From assembly GCA_043228905.1 (NCBI GenBank), contig JBHGNT010000007.1:18662001-18726000 (forward strand): 64,000 bases of DNA, written 5' to 3'. Of this stretch, positions 12,056-23,234 are shown piece by piece; position 1 is the first letter of the stretch, and the number at the start of each line of letters is the position of its first letter. A program made the position numbers and the translations under genes. Below the pieces are notes generated by a model that saw nothing but the letters and a program-made list of their open reading frames with translations, had not been told where the DNA came from and did no database searches. This stretch comes from Azolla caroliniana. Its lineage: Eukaryota > Plantae > Polypodiophyta.

Positions 12056-15000
12056 TGTCGAATACAAGTGTATAATGGACGTATTCACACTATCCCTTTG
12101 TATAGCTCAAGTTTGGGCCATTTGTGTAATTAGCATAAATGGTAGTTGCCCTAAGTCGGTCACTATATAAAGTGACCTAGTAACCTTTTTGTAAGGTTGG
12201 TTGTATTATTGTTTCTATTGAATAGAAAGATTCTTGTGTGCCTCCTCTCTCTCTCTCTCTCAATCTCTGTGCACGATCTTGGAAACTGTCATACGCAGGT
12301 ACTCAACCCCAATCGAATGCTACTTGATCTTCCGCATTGACGGCCTTGTCTTCAACATCTGGTATCAGAGCCTGGTCCCTCAACCCGCTGTCGGCCGTCA
12401 TCACAGCCTGCACAGTATTCGACCTTTCGCTTCATCCTGGTCTGCAAAGCATTCGGCTTCTCGCGTCATTCGAAGAAACAGAGAAGAAAGTAGGCAAACA
12501 CAAGCTTGAATCTCGCTGCGTTAGATCATCACTCGGAGTAAGCCAGTCGGCTGTACTCTACTTCCTTGATCGTAACTGCTTGAGGTGGGCTTCCTGCACA
12601 ACGACGACTTCAAGGACAACCCCAGTTCGCGTTTCATTCGATTGGACAATAATCGGAAGGACCAGTCGGTTCCATTGCTCTCACCGTTGCAGTCAACCGA
12701 AACCGAATCGGCTTGAAGTACTGTCGGATCGCTAAATCTAGGTTCAACTCGACTAAGACAGTTGTCGGTAGTCAATCCGAACCAAATCCCCAATTCTCCG
12801 TAATCAACATCACTTGTGTCCAACTTCGGCTAGAACGACACTGAGTGGGCCAAACCGCTGCACTTCACCAAAGTTCGTAGCCGACTTAGGGCAGAGTCAT
12901 GACATCAACATCCGGCTCGTCAGAAATGAGTCTACGAAAGTTCGATGGATCGAACTTCAACTTCTGGAAGGAGCAAATGCAGGACTATCTCATAGTCAAG
13001 GGGCAAATCGATCCCATAGAAAGTGAAGCACCTCCAGAAGAATACAAACCAATTGAGTGGCAGAAGCTGGACAGAATCGTCCGCGCCACGATTCGGATGC
13101 ACCTATCGGAATCGGTATACTTTACGGTGCAATCGTGTACGATAGCATTCGAACTGTGGAAAACACTGTCGGACACCTACGAAAAGAAGGTCGTTGCAAC
13201 GAAGATGTTCCTGATCCGGCGCCTCTACAACTTGAGGATGAAAGAATCAGATTCGGTTCAAGCACATCTCAATGAGTACGAAAGCATAAGCTCCCAAATC
13301 TCATCTCAGGGGACGGCAATCGAGGATGAACTCAGAGCAATGATACTCATGAGCAGCCTTCCCTCATCATGGGAAACTTTCGTCACAACCGTGTGCAACG
13401 CGTCAACCACGGCTGTTAAATACTCCGAAGTCACGAGCGCAATTCTGACCGAAGCAGCTCGGAGAAAGTCTTTCGCCAAAGACTCAACAGACGACGCTTA
13501 TGTAGTACAAGGTTCGACAGACCGATCGAACATACGAGGAAGAGATTCCTCACGGCAGCCGAACAATCAGCGAAGACGGAGCCAGTCACGGGATAATCGA
13601 ATCTGCAACTATTGCAAGAAACCCGGACACATCAAAGCCGACTGCCGCGCACTCAAGAACAAGAACGACAAGTCTCAGAAATCAAACAAGAAGAGTGGCC
13701 GGCATGAGGAGATCAATTACGTCAGCTTCTCAGCTGATGTGCTACCAAACGACCCGAATATACTATCAATCGAAAATCCAGTCGGATCAGAAGCTCTGCT
13801 CACGACTGAAGAATCGAGCACATGGCTCTTAGATTCGGGCGCGTCATTTCACGTGACTCCTCATCGATCCCAATTTCGGCAATATACGATCCGTCACTCC
13901 GACTCAGTTCGAGTCGGCAACTCGCAACACTGTGACATCATTGGAATCGGCACAGTAGAGCTCAACCTTGCAGGTGGCTCTACACTTGTACTTCACAATG
14001 TCCGACATGTACCCGAGCTCTCAAGGCCATTGATCTTAGTCGGACAACTAGATGAAGACGGCATTCGTGCCGGTTTTTCTTCGGGAGGGTGGACACTCCA
14101 CAGGGGGAACCTCCTGCTTGCTAGAGGACCCAAGATACACTCACTGTATCCGTTACATGTTACGCTCAGAGAGGGTAACCTGTTTTTGGTGGATATTCCT
14201 GTGTCATCACTATGGCACAGAAGATTAGGACACCTCAGCAAGGCCGGCATTACGCACCTATCTAGAGCCGGATACATCCCTAAACTCTCCTTCTCGGACC
14301 ATCAATTCTGCGAACATTGCCAGTATGGCAAACAAGCAGCCGCATCACACCCGACATCAGCACCAAGAGAAACGAGACCTCTCGATTTAGTCCACTCGGA
14401 CGTCTGTGGCCCAATGCCGCATCAGTCTCTCGGTGGTGCCTCTTACTTTGTCAGTTTTATTGACGATTCGACTCGAAAGGTGTGGGCTTATCCAATTCGC
14501 ACCAAAGATCGTGTCTTCTCGATCTTCTCCGATTGGCTCGCTATGGTAGAAAATCAAACTAACCGAAAACTGAAATGCTTTCGGACCGACAATGGGGGAG
14601 AGTTCAAATCAGAAGAATTCGTCAAATTCTGCCGACAACGCGGCATCCGACGTGAATTTACGGCACCACACAGTCCGGAGCAAAACGGGATTGCAGAACG
14701 CATGAATCGGACAATCCAAGAACGGTTAGTTTCCATGCTCCAACATTCCGGACTGTCGGATGGCTTCTGGGCAGAGGCTCTACTCACGGCAGTACACATA
14801 ATCAATATGTCGCCAAGCAGACCTCTAAGACTTCAAATTCCTCAGGAACTATGGATCGGCAGTAAGCCGAATTACGACAAGCTGAGGATCTTCGGATGCG
14901 AGGCGTTCGCCCTTATTCCGAAAGATGATCGCCGAAAACTTGCACCTCGGTCCAGGAAATGCATCTTCCTTGGATATGGATCAGACGGCGAAATGGGATA

Positions 15001-17426
15001 CCGACTCTGGGACCCCGAACGCAGACAAATCGTTCGAAGTTCGGACGTTGTGTTCAACGAGTCGGCTATGAATCCATCAGTCGAAACACCGATCGAAGTC
15101 CGAAGGGTAACATTTTCCGATGTGCCGACCCTTCAAGAAAGCCCCGCTCTCAACACACGGTCAACTTCCCGGGTAGCTGAACCTTACACTACCGACTCGG
15201 ACAACTCTGACTCGGCACAGCAGAATAACTCGCTTTCGGACCATCCGACCTCGATACCCGATACGACCAGTCCAATCATACCTCGACGATCCGAAAGACT
15301 GTCGCAACCTCCGGCGAGGTATTCTCCTGGCATTTTCTTCACCGACGCCGGCGAACCGACGTCTTACGAAGAAGCATCGACATCTGTCGATTCAGCCACC
15401 TGGCATCTGGCGATGGAGTCGGAAATGCACTCCATTCGGGCAAACAAGACTTGGGATCTGGTCGAATTACCTAAGAATCGACGTGCTCTTCCTTGCAAGT
15501 GGGTCTATCGACTAAAAGAGACGTCTGATTCGACCACCCCAAAGTACAAGGCCAGATTAGTTGCGAAGGGCTTCCGACAAGAATATGGCGTCGACTTCGA
15601 CGAGATTTTTTCACCAGTGGTGAAAATGACAACCCTTCGTTTTCTACTCGGCGTAGTGGCAGCCGACAACTTGGAGCTGATTCAGCTAGATGTCAAAACA
15701 GCCTTCCTCCATGGTGATCTTGAAGAGGAAATTTATATGGAGCAGCCAAAAGGCTTCGTGGCAACTGGCCAAGAACATCTAGTCTGCCGACTCAGGAAGA
15801 GTCTATACGGCCTCAAACAGGCACCGCGACAATGGTACAAGAAGTTCGACGACTTCATCCAATCGATCGGCTTCTCAAAAAGCGATGAGGACCATTGTCT
15901 TTTTACCAACACAGCTCAAGATGGATCACCCATCTTCCTCATCATTTACGTGGACGACATGCTAATTTCTGGACGCCACGCGGGCGAACTTGCCGATCTG
16001 ATTCGGCAATTGCGGTTGAAGTTTGCCATGAAGGACCTCAGTCCGGCACGACACATACTTGGCATGAAGATTAGTCGGCATCGCGATAAACGACATCTTT
16101 TTTTGTCTCAGACCGACTATATCGGACGTGTCTTGGAACGCTTCAACATGCAATCAGCCAAATCTGCTTCAACCCCGCTCCCCATGAATCTTCGGCTCTC
16201 TCAGCGGGACTGCCCGACATCCGGTCCGGAGGGGGAAGATATGAAGTCGGTACCGTATGCACCGGCAGTCGGCTCCCTCATGTACCTGATGGTCGCGACA
16301 CGGCCTGATATTTCTCATGCCGTAGGAGTCGTTAGCAGATTTATGCACAATCCTGGCCGATCGCATTGGAACGCAGTCAAGCATGTGTTCAAATATCTGG
16401 CTGGCACAAAAGACCATGGCATTCTTTTCGGTCCGAACTCAACCTCAGGCGTAGTCGGTTACACCAACTCGGACTTCGCCGGCTGTATAGACAGTCGGAA
16501 ATCAACAACTGGATACTGCTTCAAATTCGGCAATGGAGCAATTTCGTGGAAGTCGAAACTTCAGGAGTGCACAGCGACCTCAACGACCGAAGCAGAATAT
16601 GTAGCTGCGTCCGACGTTGCAAAAGAAGCTTTGTGGCTCGGCCGGCTGGCGCACACGTTTCGACAAGTCGACCATGACTCGGCCCCAGTTGTCTATAGCG
16701 ACAGTCAAGGTGCTGTTGCCTTGTCGAAAAATCCGGTTCACCACAACGCCTCCAAACATATCGACGTTCGATATCACTTCGTTTGGGACTGCGTCATTTC
16801 AGGGAAAATCGGTCTAGAGAAAATATCTACAACCGACAATGTTGCAGATGGAATGACCAAGTGTCTTTCGGCAGACCGCTTTCGGTCCCTTCAGCATCAG
16901 ATGGGCGTAACGACAAACCAGTCCGGTTAGAGCCGGACACAGCGCAGGATGGTTTCGGACAACCGACATCAATTCCTTAATGATCGGCTTCAACTCTTCC
17001 GACCCGACCAGTTCGGTCTTCTGCCTTCGGACCCTGCCGACTCGAACAAAAACTGATATGTCCGAGAACCTAGGTTTATACCTGTAATCTTAGATAACCC
17101 ATGTATACGCCCATTACGGGGGAGTGTCGAATACAAGTGTATAATGGACGTATTCACACTATCCCTTTGTATAGCTCAAGTTTGGGCCATTTGTGTAATT
17201 AGCATAAATGGTAGTTGCCCTAAGTCGGTCACTATATAAAGTGACCTAGTAACCTTTTTGTAAGGTTGGTTGTATTATTGTTTCTATTGAATAGAAAGAT
17301 TCTTGTGTGCCTCCTCTCTCTCTCTCTCTCAATCTCTGTGCACGATCTTGGAAACTGTCATACGCAGGTACTCAACCCCAATCGAATGCTACTTGATCTT
17401 CCGCATTGACGGCCTTGTCTTCAACA
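12056..17426 (+). mobile_element. Copia B: full-length young Ty1/copia element
   Basis: 302-bp LTRs 12056-12357 and 17125-17426, identical by eye. TSD GTGAA, PBS TGGTATCAGAGCC at 12360, PPT GGGGGAG. Confidence 0.97.
12899..16930 (+). CDS. Copia Gag-Pol polyprotein, 1343 aa (gag, CCHC, PR, IN, RT, RNase H)
   Basis: Motifs CNYCKKPGHIKADC, WLLDSGAS, HSDVCG/RTDNGGEF/GIAERMN, QLDVKTAFLHG, YVDD, KHIDVRYH. Confidence 0.96.
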   Translation: MTSTSGSSEMSLRKFDGSNFNFWKEQMQDYLIVKGQIDPIESEAPPEEYKPIEWQKLDRIVRATIRMHLSESVYFTVQSCTIAFELWKTLSDTYEKKVVATKMFLIRRLYNLRMKESDSVQAHLNEYESISSQISSQGTAIEDELRAMILMSSLPSSWETFVTTVCNASTTAVKYSEVTSAILTEAARRKSFAKDSTDDAYVVQGSTDRSNIRGRDSSRQPNNQRRRSQSRDNRICNYCKKPGHIKADCRALKNKNDKSQKSNKKSGRHEEINYVSFSADVLPNDPNILSIENPVGSEALLTTEESSTWLLDSGASFHVTPHRSQFRQYTIRHSDSVRVGNSQHCDIIGIGTVELNLAGGSTLVLHNVRHVPELSRPLILVGQLDEDGIRAGFSSGGWTLHRGNLLLARGPKIHSLYPLHVTLREGNLFLVDIPVSSLWHRRLGHLSKAGITHLSRAGYIPKLSFSDHQFCEHCQYGKQAAASHPTSAPRETRPLDLVHSDVCGPMPHQSLGGASYFVSFIDDSTRKVWAYPIRTKDRVFSIFSDWLAMVENQTNRKLKCFRTDNGGEFKSEEFVKFCRQRGIRREFTAPHSPEQNGIAERMNRTIQERLVSMLQHSGLSDGFWAEALLTAVHIINMSPSRPLRLQIPQELWIGSKPNYDKLRIFGCEAFALIPKDDRRKLAPRSRKCIFLGYGSDGEMGYRLWDPERRQIVRSSDVVFNESAMNPSVETPIEVRRVTFSDVPTLQESPALNTRSTSRVAEPYTTDSDNSDSAQQNNSLSDHPTSIPDTTSPIIPRRSERLSQPPARYSPGIFFTDAGEPTSYEEASTSVDSATWHLAMESEMHSIRANKTWDLVELPKNRRALPCKWVYRLKETSDSTTPKYKARLVAKGFRQEYGVDFDEIFSPVVKMTTLRFLLGVVAADNLELIQLDVKTAFLHGDLEEEIYMEQPKGFVATGQEHLVCRLRKSLYGLKQAPRQWYKKFDDFIQSIGFSKSDEDHCLFTNTAQDGSPIFLIIYVDDMLISGRHAGELADLIRQLRLKFAMKDLSPARHILGMKISRHRDKRHLFLSQTDYIGRVLERFNMQSAKSASTPLPMNLRLSQRDCPTSGPEGEDMKSVPYAPAVGSLMYLMVATRPDISHAVGVVSRFMHNPGRSHWNAVKHVFKYLAGTKDHGILFGPNSTSGVVGYTNSDFAGCIDSRKSTTGYCFKFGNGAISWKSKLQECTATSTTEAEYVAASDVAKEALWLGRLAHTFRQVDHDSAPVVYSDSQGAVALSKNPVHHNASKHIDVRYHFVWDCVISGKIGLEKISTTDNVADGMTKCLSADRFRSLQHQMGVTTNQSG

Positions 17427-18016
17427 GTGAAGGCATTCTAGGCTTCACCCCCCACCCCAACAACAGAAAGCGTCTCCGGCTCCCGTACTGACGCTACCTT
17501 CATCATGAAGGCATAATGGTACGCCATATAATCGTTGTAGCTGAAACGGCTTACAAGGTTCTTTTCACAGGTCGATCGACAAAGTTTCTCGTTTGCGGAT
17601 ACTAGGGCTTTCTTCGCTCCATCTGTTCGGATGATGGGATGTCCAAGCCTTCGAATTCACTGTCGAGGGAGTGAGTCAACGCGTTGTCGATTGGATCTTC
17701 GTATTCAGACATCTTGGCCTTCCATTTGTCGAGTTTCAGACTTGGTCGAAATGTGCTTTGGTCACTTGGGGTCTCCTGTGGTCCACTAAGCCGTGTCGTA
17801 ATCGGGCTTTCTTCAAACATGCGTGTGAGCCGATATTCATCTTCTATCTCCATTTCGGCGGATTCCGGGTCAAGTGGAGTCAGAGTCGAAGTTGTTTCTG
17901 GTGAGTACTAGGATACAGACTCGTCGAAGTCTACGTCTGACTTGTTCGAGCTTTTCAGGTAGATGGGTTGTAGCATTTGTACCCCTTCTGTTCGAGTGAG
18001 TATCCTACGAGGATAC

Positions 18017-18785
18017 TGTTGGGAGATAGGTCCCTCTGGATCCTCGGCCGAAACCGTATGAGGAGGACCCCGGCTACGGAGAGCCGGATGGTGCAGGCCC
18101 GGTATGAACCGGATGAGGAGTACCCGGCTACGGAGAGTCGGATGGTGCAGGCCCGGTATGAATCGGATGAGGAGTACCCGGCTACGGAGAGCCGGATGGT
18201 GCAGGCCCGATATGAACCGGATGAGGAGTACCCGGCTACGGAGAGCCGGATGGTGCAGGCCCGGTATGAACCGGATGAGGAGTACCCGGCTACGGAGAGC
18301 CGGATGGTGCAGACCCGGTATGAACCGGAGGAAGAGACATATTCGTAAATATGTTTCTGAGAGCCCATTGTGGCTATAGTTGTAAATAGCCAAAAAGTCA
18401 TATTAGTATAAATATGACTTAGGGCAAACTAATATCAGGTTGTTGTTACTTTTCTTGTTGGTGCAAGAAGAAGAGAGAGAGCACGTAATAGTGTATAGAG
18501 AGAGAGAGAGAAAGAGGTCGTTGCCTCTGTTGTAACCGCCGCGTGTGGCGAAGATCTGTGAGCACGAGGTCGTTGCCTCAGTGAACTCACTGTTGTACAT
18601 TCTCACATAGTGACAGTTTGCAGCCTTTGGGTTGCCGTGGTTTTTCCCTCTTTGGGTTTTCCACGTAAACCTCCTGTGTATCTTCCTCTCCTTTGTGTCG
18701 TGTTCTATTTCCCGTTTTTTCTGTGTATGAAAAGAATCTCGGTTGTGGCCGAGCGTTGCGCATAAGGAGCTAGGAGTTCCCGACA
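18017..18785 (+). mobile_element. Solo LTR with an internal 54-bp tandem array
   Basis: TGTTGGG..CCCGACA ends, TSD GATAC. TATAAA at ~18407, GGGTTTTCCACGTAAA motif. Splits host KCILVGY. Confidence 0.9.
18060..18333. repeat. Five 54-bp tandem repeats
   Basis: Unit GAGGAGTACCCGGCTACGGAGAGCCGGATGGTGCAGGCCCGGTATGAACCGGAT. Confidence 0.95.
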
Positions 18786-20443
18786 GATACATTTCTCTGA
18801 CTTTGGGTCGAGCTTTTGTCATGTATTGTCGGGAATATGTACGTAGGCGATAGAGCCGAAAATGCGGACATGTGATAAGTTCGGCTTCTTTCCAAAGAAC
18901 TTCTCATGAAGAGTTACGTCGTGTACTCCCGAGGTTGTGCACCTATTCATGAGGTATATGACCATGTTCGCCGCTTCTGCCCAGTATGATTTCGGCTGAC
19001 CATACCTCGTTCGATTCGAGGATAAACATACGGCCTTCTCGTCGACCGTGAGGTACGACTTGACCGCCCCTTTTGATGAAGCACCCGTCGTTGTTGAATT
19101 GTACTTGCATTCCTTGTTCGCCAATTTGGTCGACTGAGACTAGGTTTTTCATGATGGTGGGGACATGCAATACATTCTTGAGGTAGGTTTGTTTTCCGTC
19201 GTTTCCGAATGGGACGTTCCCAATATGTTGTATTGGATGACTCTCATCATCTCCTGTTTCGACATATCGGGGATGTTCGGGCTTCCGTAGTTCCCGAAAC
19301 CAATCTTCATGAGACGTCATGTGATTGGATGCTCCTGAATTGACAAACCATACGTTATTTGAGTTGGAGGCACTAGTTGAATCCTGTGCTGACATCGAGT
19401 GTGCTTCGTGTCTCATTACGAACATTTTGCCATGGTCGTCATAGTCGGAATTCGCGACGTAATCTGTAAACATTCCGCTATGATCGTGGTAGTCGGAATT
19501 CGATGCGTAGTTCATGAGCTGCCGGCTAGTTGAAGCCGAGTCTTGTACCTTTTTCCGGCACTCCTCTTCATAGTGGACGTGTTTTCCACAGTACCCGCAT
19601 TCAATCGGGTTGTTACGATTGCTCGGTCCAACGTGATGACTCTCTGGGACCGTTCCTGTCCGCTTGCCATTGGTGGGGGTTATGCTCTTGAGTCTGTCGA
19701 CCATTGCGGCCTTGTTCAAATCGACCTCTACTTCCACGGCCGAAATTTCTTCTATCATTCGACTGGGAGTAGAGCATATGACCCTCTGGTGCGTTGCTCC
19801 TTTGTCGGGCGTGATTTTCCTCAACCAACAATATTGATTGGAGATCGAAAAATGAAGGAGGGTTCTCCCTTGCAAGGATGACCGATCTAATCGAGCCAAA
19901 TTGAGGTGCTAAGCTGCCGAGGCATATTTGCACCATCTTGTCATCGTCGATTACAACATTAATCGAACCGAGGACATCACACAACTCCTTGATCTTTAAG
20001 GTATAACCTATGATCGACATGTCCTTTTGTTGCATGTTGTTTAGTTCCTGTTGAAGTTGGAGGTTTCGTGCAGCCATGTTAGCCGCAAAAATCTTCTTTC
20101 AATGTTTTCGAATCTCAAATATAGTCAAGCATATGATCATGAACGCGTGATGCAGGCAATACAACACACGGCTTGTGGCCTGCTCCCAAGCGGGATAGTC
20201 GGCATGTGTTGGGTTGGGTTGAGTTTCGTGAGCTCCTTCAATGTAGCTCCAGTAACCTTGTCCGACAAGGTATTGGTGCATCTTGTATTCCCAAGATGCG
20301 AAATTCGTTCTGTCAAGCTTCTCGGTAGAAAGAGCGCTTCCCATCTGAGTGTTGATTATGTCAATTTCTTCTCTGTTGATCATTGGTGTGTACTACAACA
20401 CAATTGAATAGATTCGATTAAGCAACCACACGCTCTGATACCA

Positions 20444-20726
20444 TGTAAATAAAATGAGGAGCAAAAGTGGTTGAGATGCAGCGGAAGGACTGTGTGTGTG
20501 TGTGTGCACGTAAGACAAATTGAGAGAGAGAGCTTAAGCCAAAGATAAAAGACAGTATATTACATTAACCAAAATACTTCCAACAGTAACTAATTTACAA
20601 GGGGTTGGTTTAAATACCAACTAAACTAGGGCAAGTGCCCTTTCAACTATTTACAAAACTAGCCTGATATGACCATGAGCTAGTGTGAAACCTATTACTA
20701 TGGGAAGTTGAGTTCGACTCTCAACA
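20444..20726 (-). repeat. Copia A 5' LTR
   Basis: Adjacent to the tRNA-iMet PBS; matches 2811-3141. Confidence 0.92.
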
Positions 20727-21252
20727 CTTCTATTAATTCATACATATTTATTTGAGTACTCCGTACGTTTTTGATGATGTGTATGAAGTAAGATACGACA
20801 ATTGCCCCCTCCGAATCTGCACATCCTTCGGTATGTGCCAAAGTTGTTGGTGCTTGTTATTCTCCTTCATCCGTAGTACCCTCCATTTCTCCCACTATGT
20901 TGATAGTTAATTCCAGCCCGCTTTCTTCACTTCTCACATCTCCGTGACCCATGTCCGCTTGTTCTTGTGTGTCGGTGTTGTCTAAAGTTACATAGAGCTT
21001 CACGCCACTTCGCTTCTTGAAAATCTTCACCCGTTTCCCTGTTATAGGCACCCACAGTACTATTCCATCCAGCTCGCATAGTTGGTAAGTTCCGTTGTTG
21101 AATACTTTTTGAACCTTGTGTGGTTTGAACCATCTTTGAGCAAATTTCTATATTTCGTTGTGTTGATGATCCAAATTGTTGTCGTAGACTATCACCCAAT
21201 CCCCTTCCTTGATCTTCCATGGTCGTAGTCAGTGATTTTTGTTGAATCAATG

Positions 21253-23225
21253 TGTTAGAGCTAAATCCTAATGTAAGCATGAGATAAGGAAACATAAGTA
21301 AATATAAATAGAGAAGAGAGAGAAACAAGGGTGCCGATCCACCCGAGTGAAGGGATCGAGACAGACTCAAGCCTCGATTGGCGTCCCATACCACCGTCGT
21401 GACATCGAGTTGTACTTGGTGCTCGCGAGCTTGCTACAAGCGTTCATCGCCACGAGGTCAGAGTCTCATCATAGTCCACAAATCTCAAATGAGGGTAGCT
21501 AGGCCTCATACTTATAGCTAGACCTAAGGCCCCCAGGCCAGTTCACATGGGTTGTCTCAATCCCTAGGATTAAAAGTAATTCTCCCTTCTTTACACTCTT
21601 GATTAGCCCTCACATGCCCCCCTCTTTAAAACATTGCACTCTTGCAATGAAAAGTTTGGGAAGTTAGTTCTAAGAGTATTTTCTCATTCCCATGTGGCAT
21701 CTCTTATAGACTTATCCATCCATTTAAATTTAAATTCTCGGATTATTTTAGAAATCAAATGTTTCATATTAACATCGAGAATTCTCTTTGGTACATGTGG
21801 TTTAGAAGATAATTCTTCAAAAGTAACCAGAGTTTCAGTTGTAACTATATTGCTGCAAGAACCAAGAAGTTCTTTTAGATGACTTACATGAAAAAGGGGA
21901 TGTATTTCGACGCCATCAAGAAGAGCGAGACGATAGGCTGATGAACCAATGCATTTGAGGATTGTAAAAGGTCCACAAAATTGTGGGGCTAACTTAGCAC
22001 ACTTACTCGTCGACAATGTCTTAGAATAATTGTGTGGTACACGTAAAAATACCCTCTATCTAGGGTTGAATAAGCGAGGTTGCCTATTATGAACGACATA
22101 AAAACGCACTCTATCTTGAGTTGTTTTTATATTATCTCGTGCAATATGCAACATATCTTGCATATCCCGAAGAAAGTTTTGTGTACTTCGTAACTCATCA
22201 TGATGTATACTAACATCAATCGGGCTCGTGGCTGAAAACCATAAATCAACATAAAAAGACTATATCCCGGCGATGTATTCTTGGAGTTGTTATAAGCAAA
22301 CTCCAAAATTGGGAGATAACGTTCCCATTTTGTTGGCTTTGCACCAACGTATGCTCGAAGCATGTCCTCAAAATTTGATTTACTTGTTTTGTCTATCCAT
22401 CGGATTGAGGGTGATTCATGGAACTCATGTTGAATGTAGTTTCCTCGTAGTTTCTAACTTCTTAAAGACTTGCATCCAAAAGTCGTTAGTAAACTTTAGA
22501 TCTCAATCACTCATGATATCCATCGATAACCCATAAAAAACGAAATAACTCATCAACGAATTGGTAAGCCAATTCTAGAGTTGTTACTATGGTTTATCAA
22601 CCACAAACTAGATGACATCATGGCCTTTTTGGGTGTGAGGAAGGCTAACAATAAAATTCATGATGAGAATGAGAATGAGTGTGTGATGTATTCCAGGGTG
22701 CCCTACCCAGGGCGCATCATGGCATTAAAAAAGAATTCTGTTTTTTATCTCAGGAAAATCTGGAACACAAACCTTCCCATTACGATAGAGCAGACCATTA
22801 GCAATGTGGAAGGATTCCTTCAAGGTTGTGGTGATGTTTGTTCCTGACTCAACTCTTGCCCAATATTTTCTAAAATAACTGTCATCCGGATAATTTCCTC
22901 GAAGGTGATCATAATGATCCGATGTTATTTCAGTGAAGCTAGGCATGTTAACTTCACGGATGTGAGACCGTGTTCACGAAACTTTTAAGATATTATATGG
23001 AAAAATCAATGTCCTAGATGAGATCTGCCCATCGTGCCTTACGACCCTTAAAGTCTTGTTGGTCACAAAAATATTTCAAGGACTCGTGGTTCGTCGTTAC
23101 CACAAAGCGATTTCCATAAAGATAATGGTGCCATGAGTTTAGCGCATGGATAACTGCAAATAATTCCTTTTCTTGCATGGTATACCAACATTGAGCAAAA
23201 TCAAGTTTCTTACTCTCAAATGCTA
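21253..23225 (-). mobile_element. Decayed chromovirus 3' portion (relative of F): LTR 21253-21614, PPT, RH-IN-chromodomain
   Basis: Peptides KCAKLAPQFCGPF and [14 protein letters not shown] match ORF 55222. The LTR resembles the reverse complement of 53078-53532. Confidence 0.88.
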
Positions 23226-23234
23226 TTGGTTTAC

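Larger units (their letters stand above)
11762..17465. mobile_element. Solo LTR (~330 bp) split by Copia B
   Basis: TGTT..AACA ends and TSD GAAAG (11757-11761, 17466-17470). Host Copia A sequence resumes on both sides. Confidence 0.85.
2811..20726 (-). mobile_element. Copia A: old Ty1/copia element hosting four insertions
   Basis: LTRs 2811-3141 and 20444-20726 (TG..CA, about 15 substitutions by eye). PBS rc TGGTATCAGAGC at 20432-20443, PPT at 3142-3150. Decayed gag/PR/IN at 17466-20383 and RT/RH at 3300-5423 and 11609-11761. TSD imperfect (TTCTT vs CTTCT). Confidence 0.92.
2333..21245 (-). mobile_element. Truncated Ty3 (E-related): 3' LTR 2333-20800 split by Copia A, PPT, and integrase C-terminus 20857-21245
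   Basis: The LTR halves 2333-2810 and 20727-20800 resemble 153-823. PPT (rc GGAGGGGGCAAT) at 20801-20812. Peptide PITGKRVKIFKKR matches the end of ORF 43760..47227. Confidence 0.85.

Noticed and set aside
17908-18401. Repeat-protein ORFs
   Set aside because: Artefact of a stop-free 54-bp unit; open in several frames on both strands.
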